Program-made: the position numbers and the translations under genes | Origin: Promethearchaeota archaeon | GTDB lineage: Archaea; Asgardarchaeota; Lokiarchaeia; Sigyniarchaeales; SOKP01 | Assembly (NCBI GenBank): GCA_019058445.1 | Contig: JAHPZA010000006.1 | Location: 992,001-1,056,000, forward strand | Length of the DNA stretch: 64,000 bases | Direction of reading: 5' to 3' | Shown here: piece after piece, positions 60,732 to 64,000 of the stretch | Layout: each line of letters begins with the position of its first letter | How positions within the stretch are numbered: position 1 is the first letter of the stretch | Notes under the pieces: generated by a model | What the model saw: only the letters and a program-made list of their open reading frames with translations | The model's database searches: none | What the model was told of the DNA's origin: nothing

Positions 60732-61631
60732 TTACTTTTTTGTTTTCATTCGTTCTTCAAATAAATATATGTCTTGGAGAGCTTTGGATTTTAAGCTATA
60801 TTCCTCCTCTTTCTCAGGTTGCATCAATTCCTTTGAGAGTTCTGCTGCTCGAAGATAAAATATATATGCAGAATGAAAATTCTCATTTCTGAGTGCGCTT
60901 CTTGCTTCTTTTACTATATTGTCTCGTTTTTTCGTTAAATCTGGAATATTAAAAGATAATTTGGCCCTCTCATTTAATGATTTCGCAAGTTCTTTTTCTA
61001 AAAGTTCTTCCGCAGCTTCTGCTGCTTTTTTATACTGTTTTGAAGCTTTTTCATAATCCAAGTCCTTTAAAGCATCTTCCGCAGATTGATAATAATAAGT
61101 AATTTTCGTATGGTCATTATTTTCAATTTTCTCTAATAATTCTTGAGCAATTCTTCTTTCTTTTTTACCTCCGCTTAGCATTTCTTTAGTTCGGTTAATT
61201 ATACTTTCTTTTAGGGCTTCAGGGTCTAGAATATCTGTCAATGTTTCCAAAAACTCATGGTAAATTTCCTTTAATTTGGGTTGAAATTCTTCTTTAGTCA
61301 TATCAAGCAGGTTAATCTGTTCTAAAGCTACCGCAGTATTCTTTAAAGGTGTTCTTAGTTTTTCGGGATCATCACTTTCACTTAATAATATACCAACTAT
61401 AAGTCCAAGAGCTTTTCGACTTAATTTTCCTTTGAATTTATGAATATATGAAACTAAATGATGATCTTTTAATTTTAATATCGTATATTCATTTTTTGAA
61501 TGGTCTAAATTTAGTCTCAAGTATAAATCGCTTGTAATGTTAAAGTCTGATGTACTTTCCTTAAAGTAATAACCTAACACATTATATTCAGATTCACTAT
61601 TGAGTAATATTACAAAACATCCAACTGGCAT
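60732..61631 (-). CDS. hypothetical protein: alpha/beta (longin/uDENN-like) N-domain plus TPR-like helical repeats
   Basis: Beta-rich N-terminus; two A..A.....Y..A...Y..AAE repeats. Confidence 0.55.
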   Translation of the reverse strand: MPVGCFVILLNSESEYNVLGYYFKESTSDFNITSDLYLRLNLDHSKNEYTILKLKDHHLVSYIHKFKGKLSRKALGLIVGILLSESDDPEKLRTPLKNTAVALEQINLLDMTKEEFQPKLKEIYHEFLETLTDILDPEALKESIINRTKEMLSGGKKERRIAQELLEKIENNDHTKITYYYQSAEDALKDLDYEKASKQYKKAAEAAEELLEKELAKSLNERAKLSFNIPDLTKKRDNIVKEARSALRNENFHSAYIFYLRAAELSKELMQPEKEEEYSLKSKALQDIYLFEERMKTKK

Positions 61632-61699
61632 TTAAAATATCACCTTGAATAGTAATACGATCTACAAATATATTAAGAGTTAAAAAGAAAATATTAATG

Positions 61700-62119
61700 T
61701 TATTTTCTACTTAATAAAATACGATTAGTTTCCTCTCTTATAGAACGGATAATAGAAAGTAATTGAGCATAATATAGATTGTTAGCAACTGATTTTTCTC
61801 CTTCTCGAATTTTATCAATTGCTTCCTTTTCTTGCTTTAAAATTGCCTCGACCGATTTTTTAGTCCAGAGTTCTTCGATTTTTTCACCCACTTCTTTCGA
61901 AAGCTCATTTATCGATTTGGATGATTGCACTCTAAATTGTTTTAGGATTTCCACTATGAGTCGTATGTTCTCCGTTAAGCTTACTATTTCTTCGCTAAAT
62001 CTTAGGCTCATCGAGTTAATGGAGGTATTCATGTTCTGTAGCTGTGCAATAGTTCCATCTAAAGATTGAGTAATTGCGTTTATCTTCTGTATCATCTCTT
62101 CCAATAACACCTCGGCCAT
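61700..62119 (-). CDS. coiled-coil hypothetical protein
   Basis: Continuous heptad pattern over 139 aa. Confidence 0.7.
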   Translation of the reverse strand: MAEVLLEEMIQKINAITQSLDGTIAQLQNMNTSINSMSLRFSEEIVSLTENIRLIVEILKQFRVQSSKSINELSKEVGEKIEELWTKKSVEAILKQEKEAIDKIREGEKSVANNLYYAQLLSIIRSIREETNRILLSRK

Positions 62120-62121
62120 TT

Positions 62122-62562
62122 TCAGCCACTCACCTCCTCCTTTTCTTCGGTCTCTACTTGAGTAAGAGACTCTTTCATCTGTTTTACAGAGTCAATAGCC
62201 TCAGAGAGTAATAAATTTACAGTGTCTTGATTTAATACCTCCTGTGCTAATTTTTCAAAATTTTGGAGATTTTTTAGTATATTTTCAAAAGAATCAAGAG
62301 CAAGTCCTTTCTTGACCTTTTCCAACTCGTGAGTAACCCCTTCTCCTATTTCCTTGATCGCATCAATATGAATTGTTTGAGTCACATTTATCTCATTTGA
62401 AAAATCTGATATTCTTTCATTCAAATTAGATATTTTAGTCTCTATATTCTGATTTAATTCATCTAAGGAGGTTTTTAAAGCCTGAATGGCTTGTCCTAAT
62501 TGTGCGATTCGCTGATAAATAGATTGAAGCAAGTCTTGAAGCATTTCAGCCGTTGTAAACAC
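62122..62562 (-). CDS. coiled-coil hypothetical protein
   Basis: Continuous heptad pattern over 146 aa; 2 nt from the next gene. Confidence 0.7.
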   Translation of the reverse strand: MFTTAEMLQDLLQSIYQRIAQLGQAIQALKTSLDELNQNIETKISNLNERISDFSNEINVTQTIHIDAIKEIGEGVTHELEKVKKGLALDSFENILKNLQNFEKLAQEVLNQDTVNLLLSEAIDSVKQMKESLTQVETEEKEEVSG

Positions 62563-62754
62563 CTTTTTTTATTCTATTTAGAGATAATTTTAAGCTATAG
62601 TATTAATCTAATTTAAAACACTAATGTTTTTATTAAATTTAAATGTATCTTGACTCTAAATATAAAAAAATTTTTATTTTTTTTATCCTTTTGAGTTTTA
62701 AAGATATAATTAATTATATCATTTATTGAATATAATTAAGCTTACAATAGATTA

Positions 62755-62917
62755 GCTCCCGTAGCTCAGCTTGGTTAAAGCGCGGGTCTTATAAGGCCCT
62801 ATAGACATACATAGAATTTAAAGAAGATTTTCGTGTCTATACTGCATAAACGCCCGAGATCGGGGGTTCGAATGGGTTTTTTGATTTAAAGAAACCCCGA
62901 TATTCCCCCCGGGAGCA
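62755..62917 (+). tRNA. tRNA-Ile(UAU) with introns at 38/39 (62795-62851) and 59/60 (62873-62903)
   Basis: Acceptor GCTCCCG/CGGGAGC, A73, anticodon arm CGGGT-CTTATAA-GCCCG, T arm GGGGG-TTCGAAT-CCCCC after splicing. Confidence 0.85.
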
Positions 62918-62971
62918 GTTATTATTCCTATAATTTGAATAAATATTTTTTTTTTGGTTACTTTAGTGATT

Positions 62972-63475
62972 TTATGTTTTAAGATGCTTTTTAAAAATGA
63001 CTTTGGGGTTATTTATTTTATAATAATTAAGGGTTACTGGAATTCCATCAATTTCTCCATCTCCGGGTTCAATTATGAATCCTAACCTAACATGAAATTT
63101 AATTGAATCTTTATTTATAGGAGATGTAGCTGCATGAATAACTGTACGATTGTTGAGATTACATAGATTAAAAAACTTCTTATAAAGAGAGAGGCCTAGA
63201 CCCTTTTTTCGGAAATGGGGATGAATTCCTATAAAATGAATATATGCTTCATTTGAAAAATATTGTGAAAAAAAACCAATTAAAAATCCAACAATTTCTC
63301 CACCTTTCTCTGCGATAAAAATAGTATCTCTAAAATGAATGAAAAATATTTTTAGAATTAAGCTAGTTAAATCACGGCCATTCCACCATAATGGTTGTAC
63401 TTTAATTATTTTTTCAAAATCCAATGGATTTCCATTACGAATGGTAATATCATTAAGATTTGAATCTTGATTCAT
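62972..63475 (-). CDS. GNAT family acetyltransferase
   Basis: HFIGIHPHFRKKGLG and NKDSIKFH.LGF. Confidence 0.92.
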   Translation of the reverse strand: MNQDSNLNDITIRNGNPLDFEKIIKVQPLWWNGRDLTSLILKIFFIHFRDTIFIAEKGGEIVGFLIGFFSQYFSNEAYIHFIGIHPHFRKKGLGLSLYKKFFNLCNLNNRTVIHAATSPINKDSIKFHVRLGFIIEPGDGEIDGIPVTLNYYKINNPKVIFKKHLKT

Positions 63476-63564
63476 AAATTAAATAAAATACTGTGAAATT
63501 AGTAAGTTTTCATTTCGTAATTGGACGAAAATTAAAACTTTAGAATAGGATAATTGAGAGGTAT

Positions 63565-64000
63565 TTATTTTTCCAAATTCACAGAAATTAAATTCAGAAG
63601 CCATTTTTTAATTTGCATTAAATTCTTTAATAAACCGGGTTGAAAATTTTCAGGGAAGTTTTTCTCTTGTTCTAAATTCTGAGTGGTAGTCATCCATTTA
63701 TTCAATGCTAATTGGACTAAACTGGCGCCTTCTGCTTCCATGAACATTGGGACTACGGCAGCAGATTCTCTTGCGTCACCTATAGCGAAATAGATTTTTC
63801 TATTAATTCCTTTAAGCATAACTAAATTGGCACATTCATCAATTTTACGCTCTACTAAAATTGATTTTAGAATCTGAGTTTTTTGATCTTTTTCTTTCGC
63901 AGAATAAATTAATTTTCTTGTTTCAAGGGCTGGTTTAATCTCGTTTATTAATTTATCTCCGGTATTTCCCTCGGCAAAATATTTCCTTAATACAATATGA
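63565..64000 (-). CDS. hypothetical protein, C-terminal part (starts beyond window)
   Basis: Frame stays open from 63819 to the window end (HIVLRKYFAEG...MLKGINRK...). Confidence 0.75.
   Translation of the reverse strand, partial: HIVLRKYFAEGNTGDKLINEIKPALETRKLIYSAKEKDQKTQILKSILVERKIDECANLVMLKGINRKIYFAIGDARESAAVVPMFMEAEGASLVQLALNKWMTTTQNLEQEKNFPENFQPGLLKNLMQIKKWLLNLISVNLEK

Noticed and set aside
830-62069. Other short ORFs overlapping assigned genes (e.g. 830..1210, 30549..30917, 30958..31398, 33856..34242, 53442..53771)
   Set aside because: Antisense or alternate-frame shadows of well-supported genes.
62788-62856. Alternative splicing giving a CAU anticodon from intron CATAA
   Set aside because: It leaves two extra nucleotides and breaks the anticodon stem; the 38/39 placement gives a 7-nt loop and BHB-like geometry.

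Overview
AT-rich archaeal chromosome segment, most consistent with an Asgard archaeon (Lokiarchaeia-like). Support: archaeal uL11-uL1-uL10-P1 and eL34-cmk-eL14 genes, SecY, EMC3/DUF106, tRNAs with bulge-helix-bulge (BHB) introns, a Vps28-like protein and a Yip1-domain protein. The first ~30 kb is accessory catabolism: three FATP-type acyl-CoA synthetases, crotonase, CMD pair, esterases including a CE15, and an FAH pair. Between ~9.7 and 15.7 kb, genes sit between repeated copies of the 3' end and terminator of the adenylate kinase gene. The longest copy differs from adk mostly at synonymous sites, which suggests serial cassette accretion at adk with no integrase in view. Other highlights: a 1762-aa membrane-anchored FG-GAP/beta-propeller protein translationally coupled to an ABC-2 exporter; a tRNA-Ile(UAU) and a tRNA-Ser(GGA), each with two introns including 31-nt T-loop (59/60) introns; a structured leader upstream of rpl11; and a Vps28-Yip1-RtcA-...-longin-like/coiled-coil gene run. 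All calls come from visual motif recognition; no database searches were run.
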